Below are positions 29,254 through 39,421 of a DNA stretch of 64,000 nucleotides, one piece after another. Position 1 is the stretch's first letter. The number at the start of each line of letters is the position of its first letter. The stretch is taken from positions 1 to 64,000 of the IMG/VR virus record IMGVR_UViG_3300030107_002709; one strand, given 5' to 3'. A program made the translations under genes and the position numbers. Origin of the DNA: a virus. The notes under the pieces were generated by a model. It was given only the letters and a program-made list of their open reading frames with translations. It was not told the origin of the DNA and did no database searches.

Positions 29254-29822
29254 AGTCCAAGTCCTTTACGAACATCTGCCATCAATTCTAAAGCATCATC
29301 TGTATTTAGTAGATCACCAATACCTCCTAAAAAATCTCTAGTCTTTGTATTTTTAGCAGCATCTCTCATTAAAGAAGCAGACAAACCAGATGTACCATCA
29401 GAATCAGGATCTCTTTCTAAACCAGTTGAATCAATTGTTACTGTATCAAAAGCATAGTATGCCTTACCTTCTCCAGTCTCTTTCCTATTCCACTTGACAT
29501 TAAATGCAAAATCTTTTGTCCTATCACTACCACATACTATAACAACATCAGTATAATTCTCCATCATAAGATGTTGTAGAACAAATGGTAGGGTTCTTAA
29601 TTGCTTATCAGATTTTATATTATTAACATACTCAGGAAACATCTTCTTTATCCAACCAAGCTTTGTAAGATGGTCTAATGGATCCTTAGCTTTACCTTGT
29701 GACCACGTAGGCCAAATCATAAAGTCTTCATGACCAGCAAGTTTCTTAAGCTGATCCAACATTTTTTTATGCCCTAGATGTGGAGGATTTAACCTACCAA
29801 ATACAATCCAAACTCTTTTCAT
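29250..29822 (-). CDS. HxGH nucleotidyltransferase (cytidylyltransferase/NMNAT-like)
   Basis: FGRLNPPHLGH, GSDR, SAS.MR motifs. Confidence 0.85.
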   Translation of the reverse strand: MKRVWIVFGRLNPPHLGHKKMLDQLKKLAGHEDFMIWPTWSQGKAKDPLDHLTKLGWIKKMFPEYVNNIKSDKQLRTLPFVLQHLMMENYTDVVIVCGSDRTKDFAFNVKWNRKETGEGKAYYAFDTVTIDSTGLERDPDSDGTSGLSASLMRDAAKNTKTRDFLGGIGDLLNTDDALELMADVRKGLGL

Positions 29823-31015
29823 GACCAACCCTTGAGTGAGACATCAAAGTTAGCCTGACTAAACACTAACCTCTTAATCAATTTAGTAGCTTTACCATTT
29901 TTAATAGCAACATACCCTTCCTGTGCAGTCATCTCAAGACCTTCATCAGTCCTGATATAAGTACCAAACTTCTCACCCTTCTCAAGCTTAGTAACAAATA
30001 TTTCTTTAGCATCCTGGATAGTCTTATATAACTTCACCGTATTATCAAACTGAGATCCATGAGCATCTATAAAATCACGACCATTGTATAACTTAGCAAG
30101 TTTTGCTGCTTTAGTTTTTGGTTGCTTTACTTTATCTGCTGCCTTCTTACACTCACCACTAAAGTAATCCTTAAAATCAGAAGTAAAACTATTTCCTACT
30201 TGCTTACCTTCTCGAACATACTTATTAAAATACTGCTTAAGCTTAACACCAATGGTAAGTTGATCGTTCTCTGCTATCTGCTTTGCTACACCATCTAAGA
30301 AAGGACCACATTTATTAACAAGAGAGTTACTAGAATTTTTTAAATTAATCAACTTCTGTTTCTCTTCAGATGTTAATAAAATATCTTTTCCTAGTGTGTC
30401 TATCTCTGCACTGATAACAAATACATTCTTATCCTTCTTTAATTTAGATGGATCAAATCCAAAAGAAGCATGAAGCCTCTCAATACTATTACCAGTATAT
30501 GTGGTATGAAATACCACTCCTATCTTTGCTTCATTGGCTAAATCAAAATCACTGTCTTCTTGTGGTATAGCATATGTTATTGTATTTGGTTTGAATGTAA
30601 TTGACCTCTTACCATCCACCATTTCTATTTTCTTATCATCTGTAAACAACAAGTCTCCCTGTACTACTCCTTCAATTCCTATAGAAGGAAGATACTTTAA
30701 AGCATCCTTTAACTTAGAAGTAAGACCAGGAGCATGACCATGATTGTTGTCTATATCTTCATCAGTATAATTAATCTTTGCATCCTTATTAAAGATAGAC
30801 TTAGTACCAACAAAGAAGTTATCTGTTCCTGGATACTGTCCACAGAATATAGCAGGTGCACCATCCCACTTTGTAGTCATCTTAAAATTACTAGTACCCT
30901 TACCAGTAAAGGTTCTAGCCAATGAATCTAAAAATTTAAAAGCATCTTTAGCACCCTCTTTCCCATCAAGGAGAATGCTATCTTCTAAATGTTCTAGGTG
31001 AGTGTTCTTAGACAT
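29819..31015 (-). CDS. conserved phage protein with ATP-dependent ligase-like motifs
   Basis: TTKWDGAPA (KxDG), VQGDLLF, QEGYVA, TKLIKR; N-terminal HLEHLED. Confidence 0.6.
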   Translation of the reverse strand: MSKNTHLEHLEDSILLDGKEGAKDAFKFLDSLARTFTGKGTSNFKMTTKWDGAPAIFCGQYPGTDNFFVGTKSIFNKDAKINYTDEDIDNNHGHAPGLTSKLKDALKYLPSIGIEGVVQGDLLFTDDKKIEMVDGKRSITFKPNTITYAIPQEDSDFDLANEAKIGVVFHTTYTGNSIERLHASFGFDPSKLKKDKNVFVISAEIDTLGKDILLTSEEKQKLINLKNSSNSLVNKCGPFLDGVAKQIAENDQLTIGVKLKQYFNKYVREGKQVGNSFTSDFKDYFSGECKKAADKVKQPKTKAAKLAKLYNGRDFIDAHGSQFDNTVKLYKTIQDAKEIFVTKLEKGEKFGTYIRTDEGLEMTAQEGYVAIKNGKATKLIKRLVFSQANFDVSLKGWS

Positions 31016-32637
31016 TAGTATATCTTAGCGAATGGACCATATCTCAATCCCATCTTCTGAGCGATGAAGACCATATCAGTAACAAACTTATCCCTATCTT
31101 TCCTAGACAGAGAGAAGAAAGCATCAAGCCAAGTAATCTGCATTAACTTAGAGTTAGCAACCTGTGGTTGAATAGAGAATAAAAACAATAGATTATCATA
31201 TATCTCTTGGAATGATCTAACGCCACCAAAACTTACTCCTGCATTAGCAACTCTTTTTATTCTGTCCAACCACTTCTTCTCATAATCTAAGAACTCAGAA
31301 GCTTGTTGAGGATATGCTGAACTATTTCCTACAAATTTCCTTGAAGATCCATACTGTTTAAAAAGATCTTCAACATACTCAACCGTTGCTTTACCTAATC
31401 TAGCAGCACCAGCAGCTTTATCTGATGGTTCATATTTTAAACCACTAAACTTTTGACTATCATTCGCTTTAATCTGGAACTTATATTTTGTTGTACCATC
31501 ACCCTGCACAACCAATGATGTGTCTTGAGTAGAGAGAGTTATAACACCCTTCTTTTCTTTCTTAGTACAGTCACATAATGTACTAAGATAATGATACTCA
31601 GTAGTCTTCATTTGATTAAGACCCATGAATTTATCAACACTATTCCAATGAAGATTAACCTCAGACCAGAGTGCTTCATCACCACTAACCTTCTTTAAAG
31701 ATATTCCCCATATCTGTTTCTTTCTCCACAAATCCCTCATGATAGCATTGAACTGTAAGAGTTGTGGATCAACTCTATCTCTCAGTCTGGCCCTCATATT
31801 AGTCCTATGCTTCTCATCAGTATGTTCCTCAAGATGTTTTATCCATTTGTCCTCATTATTAATCAACCAGATATCAGCAGGGTTCCAGTTATCTTTCTTA
31901 CCTTTAGATGCCCAACCCTTACCTGCAACATATCCACTAACCCATTGCATAAAAGTTCCTTCTCTATCAAAGACAGTAAAATCTCCTTTACTACACTTCT
32001 TTAATAAAGTTTGATTCTGTTTCCAAAAATTCTCATACCAATCATCTGTAACCTGATCCAACTTACATACATCCTTCCACAGTTTTTTCATATACTTACT
32101 TACTGTCGGATCTGCCTTTAATTTTTCCCAATTATCCCAGGATTCATTATGTCTTATTGCTCTCTCAAAAACAAACAACGATCCAAGTTCTTGAGCTCTG
32201 GTCATAGCCGCAGCATTTACCTGTTCCTCTGGTAACCTCGTTGAAATTACCTGAACCTTTTGTTGTTTCCCTGTATCAAGAACAAATCCCATAGTAAACA
32301 CAGGATCTGAACCTGATATCTTTATGTTTTTAGGATCTGGTTCCCATTTCTTTTTCTCTATGTTCCATTTCTTTGCTTGAAGATTCTTACATTCTCTTTG
32401 AACTTTCTGAACACCTGCAACATTAGTACATATTTGAATAGCACCACCTTTAGCAGGTACTTTTGATTTACTTCCACTAGGCCACTGTGATCCCATAGGT
32501 CTAGGTCCTTTTGCTCCTTTATCCTGAATAAGCCATGTTGATGCCTTACCAAAGACATCAGCCATTTGATCTCTATGAGTCTTTTTCTTAATGTAAGCTA
32601 AGAAATCGTTTTGGATATCGAAACCTATTTTGGCCAT
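31015..32637 (-). CDS. putative PD-(D/E)XK-fold nuclease
   Basis: AQE helix, WNPADIWL, GISLKK resemble an E...PD...SxK variant active site. Confidence 0.5.
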   Translation of the reverse strand: MAKIGFDIQNDFLAYIKKKTHRDQMADVFGKASTWLIQDKGAKGPRPMGSQWPSGSKSKVPAKGGAIQICTNVAGVQKVQRECKNLQAKKWNIEKKKWEPDPKNIKISGSDPVFTMGFVLDTGKQQKVQVISTRLPEEQVNAAAMTRAQELGSLFVFERAIRHNESWDNWEKLKADPTVSKYMKKLWKDVCKLDQVTDDWYENFWKQNQTLLKKCSKGDFTVFDREGTFMQWVSGYVAGKGWASKGKKDNWNPADIWLINNEDKWIKHLEEHTDEKHRTNMRARLRDRVDPQLLQFNAIMRDLWRKKQIWGISLKKVSGDEALWSEVNLHWNSVDKFMGLNQMKTTEYHYLSTLCDCTKKEKKGVITLSTQDTSLVVQGDGTTKYKFQIKANDSQKFSGLKYEPSDKAAGAARLGKATVEYVEDLFKQYGSSRKFVGNSSAYPQQASEFLDYEKKWLDRIKRVANAGVSFGGVRSFQEIYDNLLFLFSIQPQVANSKLMQITWLDAFFSLSRKDRDKFVTDMVFIAQKMGLRYGPFAKIY

Positions 32638-32671
32638 AAAAAAATCCCCCTCTAGTTATTTAGAGGGGGAT
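32638..32671 (-). terminator. terminator hairpin containing a late promoter and the RBS of the next gene
   Basis: ATCCCCCTCTA-AATAAC-TAGAGGGGGAT-TTTTTT-ATG; CTAAATA at 32657-32663. Confidence 0.8.
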
Positions 32672-32675
32672 GGTC

Positions 32676-33086
32676 TTAGATATCACCTTCCTTTCGGTTC
32701 TCCGATTTGAATATATCAAACTCACCATCTGGGTATCGTGCTGCTAACTTCATCATGTTAGTGACTACGATAGTCTGGAAGTCTAAATCTAATGCATTAC
32801 AAGCTTGTGCAATGTACCAGAACACATCACCTAATTCTTTTAAAAGATGTACCTTAGTATCTTCTGTAAGTTCCTTACCTTGGAAAGCAATCTTCTTTAC
32901 TATCTCTGTGAACTCTCCACCTTCTGCACTGATACCAACAGCAGCAGTAAGGAGTCTAGGAATATCAACACCCTTAGATTCTAAGTCTTTAATTCTATTG
33001 ATGAACTCATCTGTACTCTTAGAAGGGTGGCTTGTAGTACCATCGACAAACTCTAGGTACTTATCATAATCAACTGATTGTGTCAT
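32676..33086 (-). CDS. mazG: MazG-like nucleotide pyrophosphohydrolase
   Basis: AEGGEFTEIVKK, KELGDVFWY, N..KL.ARYP. Confidence 0.9.
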   Translation of the reverse strand: MTQSVDYDKYLEFVDGTTSHPSKSTDEFINRIKDLESKGVDIPRLLTAAVGISAEGGEFTEIVKKIAFQGKELTEDTKVHLLKELGDVFWYIAQACNALDLDFQTIVVTNMMKLAARYPDGEFDIFKSENRKEGDI

Positions 33087-33328
33087 TGTGGATCTGAATA
33101 ACGGTGTTCTTGTGAGTGATAGGTATCAGCATTAGGTGCTGGATCTATCTTTATAACCTCATCCCAGTGTGTACGATACACTAGGATATTGCATTGACTT
33201 ACGCCATGCATTTTACCTGGATCTTCCCATTGTCTCACACACAATGTGAAGTATGGTGCGTGTTTATCATAGAAGTTAACGAAACCTCTATCTCCTCGGA
33301 ACTCAACTATGTCTCCGTGTTTAAACAT
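33083..33328 (-). CDS. hypothetical protein
   Basis: 81-aa ORF overlapping both neighbours by a few bases. Confidence 0.65.
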   Translation of the reverse strand: MFKHGDIVEFRGDRGFVNFYDKHAPYFTLCVRQWEDPGKMHGVSQCNILVYRTHWDEVIKIDPAPNADTYHSQEHRYSDPQ

Positions 33329-34715
33329 TCCATTCAGCGAATTTACTAAGGCGTTCTTGGTTGTTTTTTATTGCGTCAAAAGCATTAACGTCTGGATCTT
33401 CTTCCTTCTGATTCATTATTTCAGAAGTAGATTCTGCAACATCAAATAACTTCATCTTCGCTCTATCTATACCCACAACAAACTTACGATTTGAAGTAGG
33501 ATCATTATACCTGTTCTTCAACTGCTTAACCATTATTCTACCTTCCTGTTCCAGTTCCTCGCTAGAAATGAGAGCGAACATAAGATCAGCAGTAGCAGGG
33601 AGTCCAAAGGATTCTGAAGTGTCAGTGAGGTCAGGATCACTAGACCCAAAACCAGAACGAGTAGTTTGAGTAGCACTAACAATCGGTAGGTCAAACTCGA
33701 CAGCAAGACCCCGAAGCTCTTCAGCAATCGCTTTAACATAAGTATAAGAGTTAACAATGTGACCTTTATATCTTACACTAGCACAAATGTTAAGGTAATC
33801 TATAAAGATTATATCAGGTTTGAATGATTTCTTAAGTTTTAGTTCATTAAGTAATGCTCTAAAATGTCCAGCATGAGCTGAAGCAGTAGGATATTCCTTA
33901 ATGATAATCTTTCCTTTAGTCTTCTTCTCAAGATCAGCGATCTTAGATTTAAACATCATCTGAGGTAGATCAACAATATCTTTGATGTTAACATTCAAAC
34001 AGTTAGCATCAATACGCTCTGCAATCTTTTCCTCAGACATCTCCATCGTAACATAGAGAACATTCTTACTTCTCAACAAGCAAGCACTAGCCATGTGACA
34101 CATGAATAGAGACTTACCAACACCTGTACCAGCAAGTGCTATGTTAAGAGTCTTATTAGGAAGACCACCCTTAGTGATGTAATTAAACTTCTCTAAGTCA
34201 AATGGTATCTTCTCTTCTTCTCTATGATAGAACTCATATCTATTATCAGCAGACTCGATGTAATCATGTCCTACATGCTCATCAAATGATACACCTAAAG
34301 CTTCCTGTAGAATACTAGGGATAGCATCCTTAGATAACTTTTCATCATTACCATCAGCAATCTTAACTGACTTAAGTAATGCATTATAGATTGCTTTATC
34401 CTGACACCACTTCTCAGTAGAATCAGATAACCAATCAGCATCAACCCACTCATCGTTAAGATCATCCAATCTAATCAAAGCATTTTTATAGGTCTCATCT
34501 GTAAGATCAGTCCTATTACCAAGATTAATTTTCAGAACTTCTTTAGTAGGAGTCTTATCATACTTAGATGAAAAGTCTTGTATCTCTTCAAAGAGAACTA
34601 CATCGACAGCATCCTGAAAATACTCCGAATCAAGATGAGGTACTACCTTACGATAATACTCCTCATTACATAGAAGGTTCCGAAGGATAGTATTTTCTAT
34701 CCTTTCAGTTGCCAT
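33321..34715 (-). CDS. gp41: DnaB-like replicative helicase (gp41)
   Basis: [36 protein letters not shown]. Confidence 0.96.
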   Translation of the reverse strand: MATERIENTILRNLLCNEEYYRKVVPHLDSEYFQDAVDVVLFEEIQDFSSKYDKTPTKEVLKINLGNRTDLTDETYKNALIRLDDLNDEWVDADWLSDSTEKWCQDKAIYNALLKSVKIADGNDEKLSKDAIPSILQEALGVSFDEHVGHDYIESADNRYEFYHREEEKIPFDLEKFNYITKGGLPNKTLNIALAGTGVGKSLFMCHMASACLLRSKNVLYVTMEMSEEKIAERIDANCLNVNIKDIVDLPQMMFKSKIADLEKKTKGKIIIKEYPTASAHAGHFRALLNELKLKKSFKPDIIFIDYLNICASVRYKGHIVNSYTYVKAIAEELRGLAVEFDLPIVSATQTTRSGFGSSDPDLTDTSESFGLPATADLMFALISSEELEQEGRIMVKQLKNRYNDPTSNRKFVVGIDRAKMKLFDVAESTSEIMNQKEEDPDVNAFDAIKNNQERLSKFAEWNV

Positions 34716-35718
34716 AACCATACTCCGTTCTTGCTGCTTCCTCTAACTGAGCCATCACTTCGTCTGTGAAGTACTTCTCAGGACTAGCAAGAACAGATTT
34801 AGGGTAAACAGAAGTTTCACCGAACTTGATACGGTTGCCCACCCTTGTAAAGACGTTGTACTTCTCACCCAATTCAATGAGTCCGTAGTACTTGTCCAGT
34901 CCACGTTCATCGAAGTATAATCTAGTAGCAACTTTGGAACCCTCCTTAGATAATCGAGATTTCTTGGCTTCGCACTTAATGATGTTACCCACTAGGTCTG
35001 TACCTTCCTTCTCTTTAGATTTGGTCAAATATATTATAGTAGATGCAGCATACTTTAGTCCAGCTCCACCACCCATTTCTTTTTGTGGCACATAGGATCC
35101 GATCACATCATATGTGTGATTCGTAACAATCATAGGAACTTTCGCCTGTCCAAGCTTCAAGGTTAATACCCTGAAAGCACCCTTGATTAACTGTGATTTG
35201 GTCATGTCTCTGACCTGTTTATCATTAGAGATGTCTTCCATCTCCTTTGATGTACTCAGCATACCAAGAGAATCCAAAACAAACATCAATGGTTGACGCT
35301 GATCTTTTGGTTCTTTTAAATACTTATCAAGGATCCTAGTAGCTTGTGTTCTAAACTCTTCAATAGTAGCAACAGGAAAGATTACCATACGTTTGGAATC
35401 TATACCTCTGCTCTCGATCATATCCTTGGAGATAGCAGATTCAGACTCAAAATAAATAACCCCACCATCACTGTGCTGATTAAGAAAGTTACGTACAACA
35501 CTAAGGGCAAAGAAAGTTTTTCCTGTTGAAGATTCCCCTGCAAGTGCCGTAACCTTGTTGGATGGAATACCACCAAACAAAGATCCACTAACGACAGCGT
35601 TGAAAATATGGCTACCTGTATCAACAAAACTGGATGTATCTCCTGCAGCGACTCCATCACTGACGATACTTGCATACTCATTACCACTCTCCTTAATTAC
35701 TGTATCTAAGAACCCCAT
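34705..35718 (-). CDS. uvsX: RecA-like recombinase
   Basis: [26 protein letters not shown]. Confidence 0.95.
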   Translation of the reverse strand: MGFLDTVIKESGNEYASIVSDGVAAGDTSSFVDTGSHIFNAVVSGSLFGGIPSNKVTALAGESSTGKTFFALSVVRNFLNQHSDGGVIYFESESAISKDMIESRGIDSKRMVIFPVATIEEFRTQATRILDKYLKEPKDQRQPLMFVLDSLGMLSTSKEMEDISNDKQVRDMTKSQLIKGAFRVLTLKLGQAKVPMIVTNHTYDVIGSYVPQKEMGGGAGLKYAASTIIYLTKSKEKEGTDLVGNIIKCEAKKSRLSKEGSKVATRLYFDERGLDKYYGLIELGEKYNVFTRVGNRIKFGETSVYPKSVLASPEKYFTDEVMAQLEEAARTEYGYGN

Positions 35719-35885
35719 TTAGTGACCTCACTTTCATACATGTTAACATAGTCATGACCATCACTGGCCATCATTAGAGCATACTGTCTTGCAGTATCAC
35801 GCTCTTCAAATACTCTTACCTGTTCAGGTTCAAGTGCCTCAACCATATCATCCTGATAGGTTACTGTCCATACGGTTTTACTCAT
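35706..35885 (-). CDS. small hypothetical protein (59 aa)
   Basis: Translated by hand: [26 protein letters not shown]...; fills the gp43-uvsX gap. Confidence 0.6.
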   Translation of the reverse strand: MSKTVWTVTYQDDMVEALEPEQVRVFEERDTARQYALMMASDGHDYVNMYESEVTKWGS

Positions 35886-38374
35886 GCGAAGAAACTCCCT
35901 ATTGTAACAACTTTTTTACTGTTCCACCCTATACATTCTAGCACATTTTCGAGTGGTTTCAAGAAACTCTTTTCAAATTGTTTCTTGTGATCGATATACT
36001 TCTCCATATTAAACTCCTTTGGAATCTCATTGAAGAAGGAAATACAATCCTCCCTAAAAGGATTGGGTGTCTTAAGATAAATGAATTTTATCTTCTCACC
36101 CTCCTGTATTAGAGGATACTTGTTCTCTATCTTATTCTTTTTAACATAATGGTTATAAAGCAGAGCACCCCTTACGTGGATGGGGGTTCCTTTTTGATAG
36201 ATGTCGGTTCTTGAAAAGTATTTTTCAACTCCGTTACATCCTCTTGGGAAAGCAATGTTTTCGTAGGGCTGCTCTCTTGTCTCTGCTCTGACACCATCGA
36301 TAAATGAGACAAGTTCATCATTTGTTTTGCCGATAATAATCTTAAAAGCTGCATACAATTTATCCCTGAAATATTGTGGTGTAGATGACCTAGCAGTCTC
36401 AAGTCCCATGATCTTCATCTTGGGTTCTTTGTATCTAACACCCTCTGAGTCCCACACGTTTAATATGTATCGCTTCTTAGCAGTCCATATACCACGGTCA
36501 GCGATGTTCTCTCTCTTCATTATCATTTTCTGTTCATACGCCGAGACATACGAAGCCAGTTCCTGGTAAGAGTTCTCGATAAACGGTTCGAGCTGATCCT
36601 TACAGATCTTGTCCAGGAGCTCAACAATCTTAATCTTATTATCAGACTTATGAGCAAAAAATTTATCAACAAGAGGTCCGAGATTAAGATATATTGAGTC
36701 GGTGTCAGATGCAATGACGTAATCAACTTTATCTGTAGAGAGTAGTTTATTTAGATAAAGATTGATCTTGTTCTCTATCCAGCGAATAGATACCTGCCCA
36801 GAAAGAGTGATTGCTTCTGCATTAGCAAGCTTATAGTACCTGAAGTGCTCATTGCCGATAGCACCATAAGCACTATTAAGTGAGATCTTCTTGGCCATCT
36901 GTATGTTATTACATCTGGCGATCTCCTTTGTAATCTCATTGGATGGATTCTTTTCATACTCTTTCTTTGCTTCAATCATCTTCTTCTTGAAGATGACTCT
37001 CTCATTGTACATCTTATCCATGAGTTCTGGTAAGAACCCACGTACATCCTTCCTGTACTGTGCTCCATTAGCACACACAGCAAACTCACCATCAATCTCT
37101 ACCTCTTGATTTAAGATCCCCTCAACGCTCGAACTGGGATGTCCAGTCTCCCAGAGGGTCTCTGGTGAGATGTTATATTGCATAATAAGATGAGGGTACA
37201 GGCTATTGAGGTCAAAATTAACAACCCAATCATAGAATCCTGTCTTCGGTTCCTTAACATACGCCCCCGCATATTTTTCTGATTTGTTTGCACTCTCTTT
37301 CTTAGGTGGAATTGCTATCTTCCTCTTAAGAAGTTCAACGTATATGTAATTATCCCACATACGTACCTGACTAAACACATCTTCATAATTGACCTTAGCA
37401 TCATACGCCATAGTAAATGCTAAGTCAAGTAGTTTCATCTTATCATCAAGTTGATCTACTAACCTAACGTCATGGATGTTGTAATCAATAAACTTCTGCC
37501 AATCATTCTGATAGAACTCTTTGAATGTATCATACTCAGAGTGATCTAACTTTCTTGATCCAAGCTCAACCATGCAGATGTGATCAAGTCTATACGATTC
37601 TTGGTTAGTGTAAGTAAATTTCCTGTATAGTTCGAGGTAATCCAGAGTAGAAATTCCTGGAAGATCGTAAGCGATTTGCTTTCTCCCTTTGATATAAATT
37701 TCACGTCTAGATATAAGCCTCCACGGGCTAAGATAACGAGAATACTTCTCACCAAGTATCCTAGAAATACGACCAGCGATATAGGGAATATCAAAAAGTT
37801 GTACGTTCCAACCTGTAATAACATCAGGAAAATTCTCATTCCAATACTCCAAGAATGCTGATAACATAGACTGTTCAGTTTTGAAGTGAAGGTAGTCTAC
37901 ATCTTCATGCTTATTATCAAATGATCTAGCACCAAAGACAGTAATGCGACCAGTAAAGGAGTCCTTAATACTGATCGCTAGTATCTCTTGGTCTGCTGCT
38001 TCAATATCAGGAAACCCATTCTCAGCAGCAGTTTCAATATCTATGTTGAATACCCTAATGGTTTTAGGATCAAACTTTATATGTTCATCAGGATATTCCT
38101 CTGCGATATACTGATAAAGGTATCTTGTGTTACCATACACTTCCATGTTAGCAACATCTCTATACCTCATTATAGTTTCCTTTGCACCTGCAATGGAACC
38201 TTGCTTCATAGGCTCTACACACTTCCCCTCAAGGGTTCTCCATTTAGAGAAGTTAGATGTTGGGAGATATAAAGTAGGGTTAAATGGAACCCTATCTTTA
38301 AATGCCTTACCTCCCTCATAACCACGGACAAGAAGGTTCTGACCTGCTTGCTCAACATTGGTGTAAAATTTCAT
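35882..38374 (-). CDS. gp43: family B DNA polymerase (gp43)
   Basis: DIET exonuclease, DLNSLYP, KISLNSAYG, SDTDS, KKRY. Confidence 0.97.
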   Translation of the reverse strand: MKFYTNVEQAGQNLLVRGYEGGKAFKDRVPFNPTLYLPTSNFSKWRTLEGKCVEPMKQGSIAGAKETIMRYRDVANMEVYGNTRYLYQYIAEEYPDEHIKFDPKTIRVFNIDIETAAENGFPDIEAADQEILAISIKDSFTGRITVFGARSFDNKHEDVDYLHFKTEQSMLSAFLEYWNENFPDVITGWNVQLFDIPYIAGRISRILGEKYSRYLSPWRLISRREIYIKGRKQIAYDLPGISTLDYLELYRKFTYTNQESYRLDHICMVELGSRKLDHSEYDTFKEFYQNDWQKFIDYNIHDVRLVDQLDDKMKLLDLAFTMAYDAKVNYEDVFSQVRMWDNYIYVELLKRKIAIPPKKESANKSEKYAGAYVKEPKTGFYDWVVNFDLNSLYPHLIMQYNISPETLWETGHPSSSVEGILNQEVEIDGEFAVCANGAQYRKDVRGFLPELMDKMYNERVIFKKKMIEAKKEYEKNPSNEITKEIARCNNIQMAKKISLNSAYGAIGNEHFRYYKLANAEAITLSGQVSIRWIENKINLYLNKLLSTDKVDYVIASDTDSIYLNLGPLVDKFFAHKSDNKIKIVELLDKICKDQLEPFIENSYQELASYVSAYEQKMIMKRENIADRGIWTAKKRYILNVWDSEGVRYKEPKMKIMGLETARSSTPQYFRDKLYAAFKIIIGKTNDELVSFIDGVRAETREQPYENIAFPRGCNGVEKYFSRTDIYQKGTPIHVRGALLYNHYVKKNKIENKYPLIQEGEKIKFIYLKTPNPFREDCISFFNEIPKEFNMEKYIDHKKQFEKSFLKPLENVLECIGWNSKKVVTIGSFFA

Positions 38375-38616
38375 TCAGTAAGTAGTTCTTTTGCTTCTGC
38401 TGTATTTAAAGCTTCATCTGTTGGTGTAACCATCACTATTATATCAGTAGATCTAACAACTAGTTGAAAGTCTGCTGAATACTTTGGCCACCTCTCACCA
38501 TCTAAGGTAATAGGATCCTCTAGAATACAATCTGGTTGACCATATTCTGCCTCTGGTATCTCTGATACATCAGCAAGAATCCAAGGTTCGTTATTCAGTC
38601 GTAGTAGTTTCTTCAT
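38371..38616 (-). CDS. small hypothetical protein (Sm-like pattern)
   Basis: LLRL..E.WILADV...L.DP...WP.YS pattern shared with the two upstream ORFs. Confidence 0.65.
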   Translation of the reverse strand: MKKLLRLNNEPWILADVSEIPEAEYGQPDCILEDPITLDGERWPKYSADFQLVVRSTDIIVMVTPTDEALNTAEAKELLTE

Positions 38617-38938
38617 TAGTTTCTTCTATTGGTTCACTGTCTGCTAAAATCTTCTGTTCATATGCTTGTTGGACTGCAGGCTTAGCACTACTAATTATAC
38701 CAATCATCTCAAACCCAACATTAAACTGTCTATCATCTGTAAATGGATTCCACTTCTTGAAGTTAATATTATAACCTTCTTCAGTTTCATTTACAACATG
38801 CAATGTATAAGGATCTGTGAATGCTAAACAGATAGGTTTCTCTCCTTTCTCCTTTGATTCTTGATCATGGAACACTTCTCCAACATCACAAATAACTTGC
38901 TCGTTGGAATACTTCATGTTAATAACTTGTATAGTCAT
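38591..38938 (-). CDS. hypothetical protein (Sm-like pattern)
   Basis: EQVICDV.E...F.DP...WNPFT. Confidence 0.7.
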   Translation of the reverse strand: MTIQVINMKYSNEQVICDVGEVFHDQESKEKGEKPICLAFTDPYTLHVVNETEEGYNINFKKWNPFTDDRQFNVGFEMIGIISSAKPAVQQAYEQKILADSEPIEETNEETTTTE

Positions 38939-39333
38939 ACTGTTTCTTTGTTTTCGGTGTACATAATTGTTAATGCTTCATCAACATATTCATAGTCTTT
39001 TACATGAAATTCTTCGAGATATATCTTTTCGATATCTTCCCTAACATCATTCATACTAACAAGACTATAAAGATTCAAACGAAACTGTTGATGTTTTGCG
39101 AAAGGATTCCAAGGAGAAAAAGTACATTTTAATTCAGGTTCATTAGTCTGAAATTTCTGAGTAGTTGGAATACCTCTAGAGACTGTAATGACTTGAGGAT
39201 GGGACATAATATACCCTAATGTTCTACCCGAATTGGGATCTTGAGTAACTGCCTGATTGTGTGCATTTCTTATCTCATGAACCTCAGCTACTATTCGTTC
39301 TCCTGTATTAAGAACTATAAGTTTGATGCTCAT
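38935..39333 (-). CDS. hypothetical protein (Sm-like pattern)
   Basis: IKLIVLNTGERIVAEV...HP...PWNPFA. Confidence 0.7.
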   Translation of the reverse strand: MSIKLIVLNTGERIVAEVHEIRNAHNQAVTQDPNSGRTLGYIMSHPQVITVSRGIPTTQKFQTNEPELKCTFSPWNPFAKHQQFRLNLYSLVSMNDVREDIEKIYLEEFHVKDYEYVDEALTIMYTENKETV

Positions 39334-39355
39334 ACTCTAATGGATGTATCTAGAC

Positions 39356-39395
39356 ATTATAAAGGGGAACTCGACAAAAGTCAAGCTCCCCTTTA
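39356..39395 (-). promoter_or_regulatory. sigma70 promoter embedded in an inverted repeat (probable hsp20 terminator)
   Basis: TTGACT-17nt-TATAAT within TAAAGGGGAGCTTGAC-TTTT-GTCGAGTTCCCCTTTA. Confidence 0.75.
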
Positions 39396-39421
39396 ATTCA
39401 TAACAAAATACCACTACTCCA

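Noticed and set aside
29002-29457. 151-aa + strand ORF
   Set aside because: Antisense to well-supported minus-strand genes, with no motif
20954-38374. Introns or inteins in nrdA, nrdB, gp41 or gp43
   Set aside because: All are continuous ORFs of normal length without intein motifs
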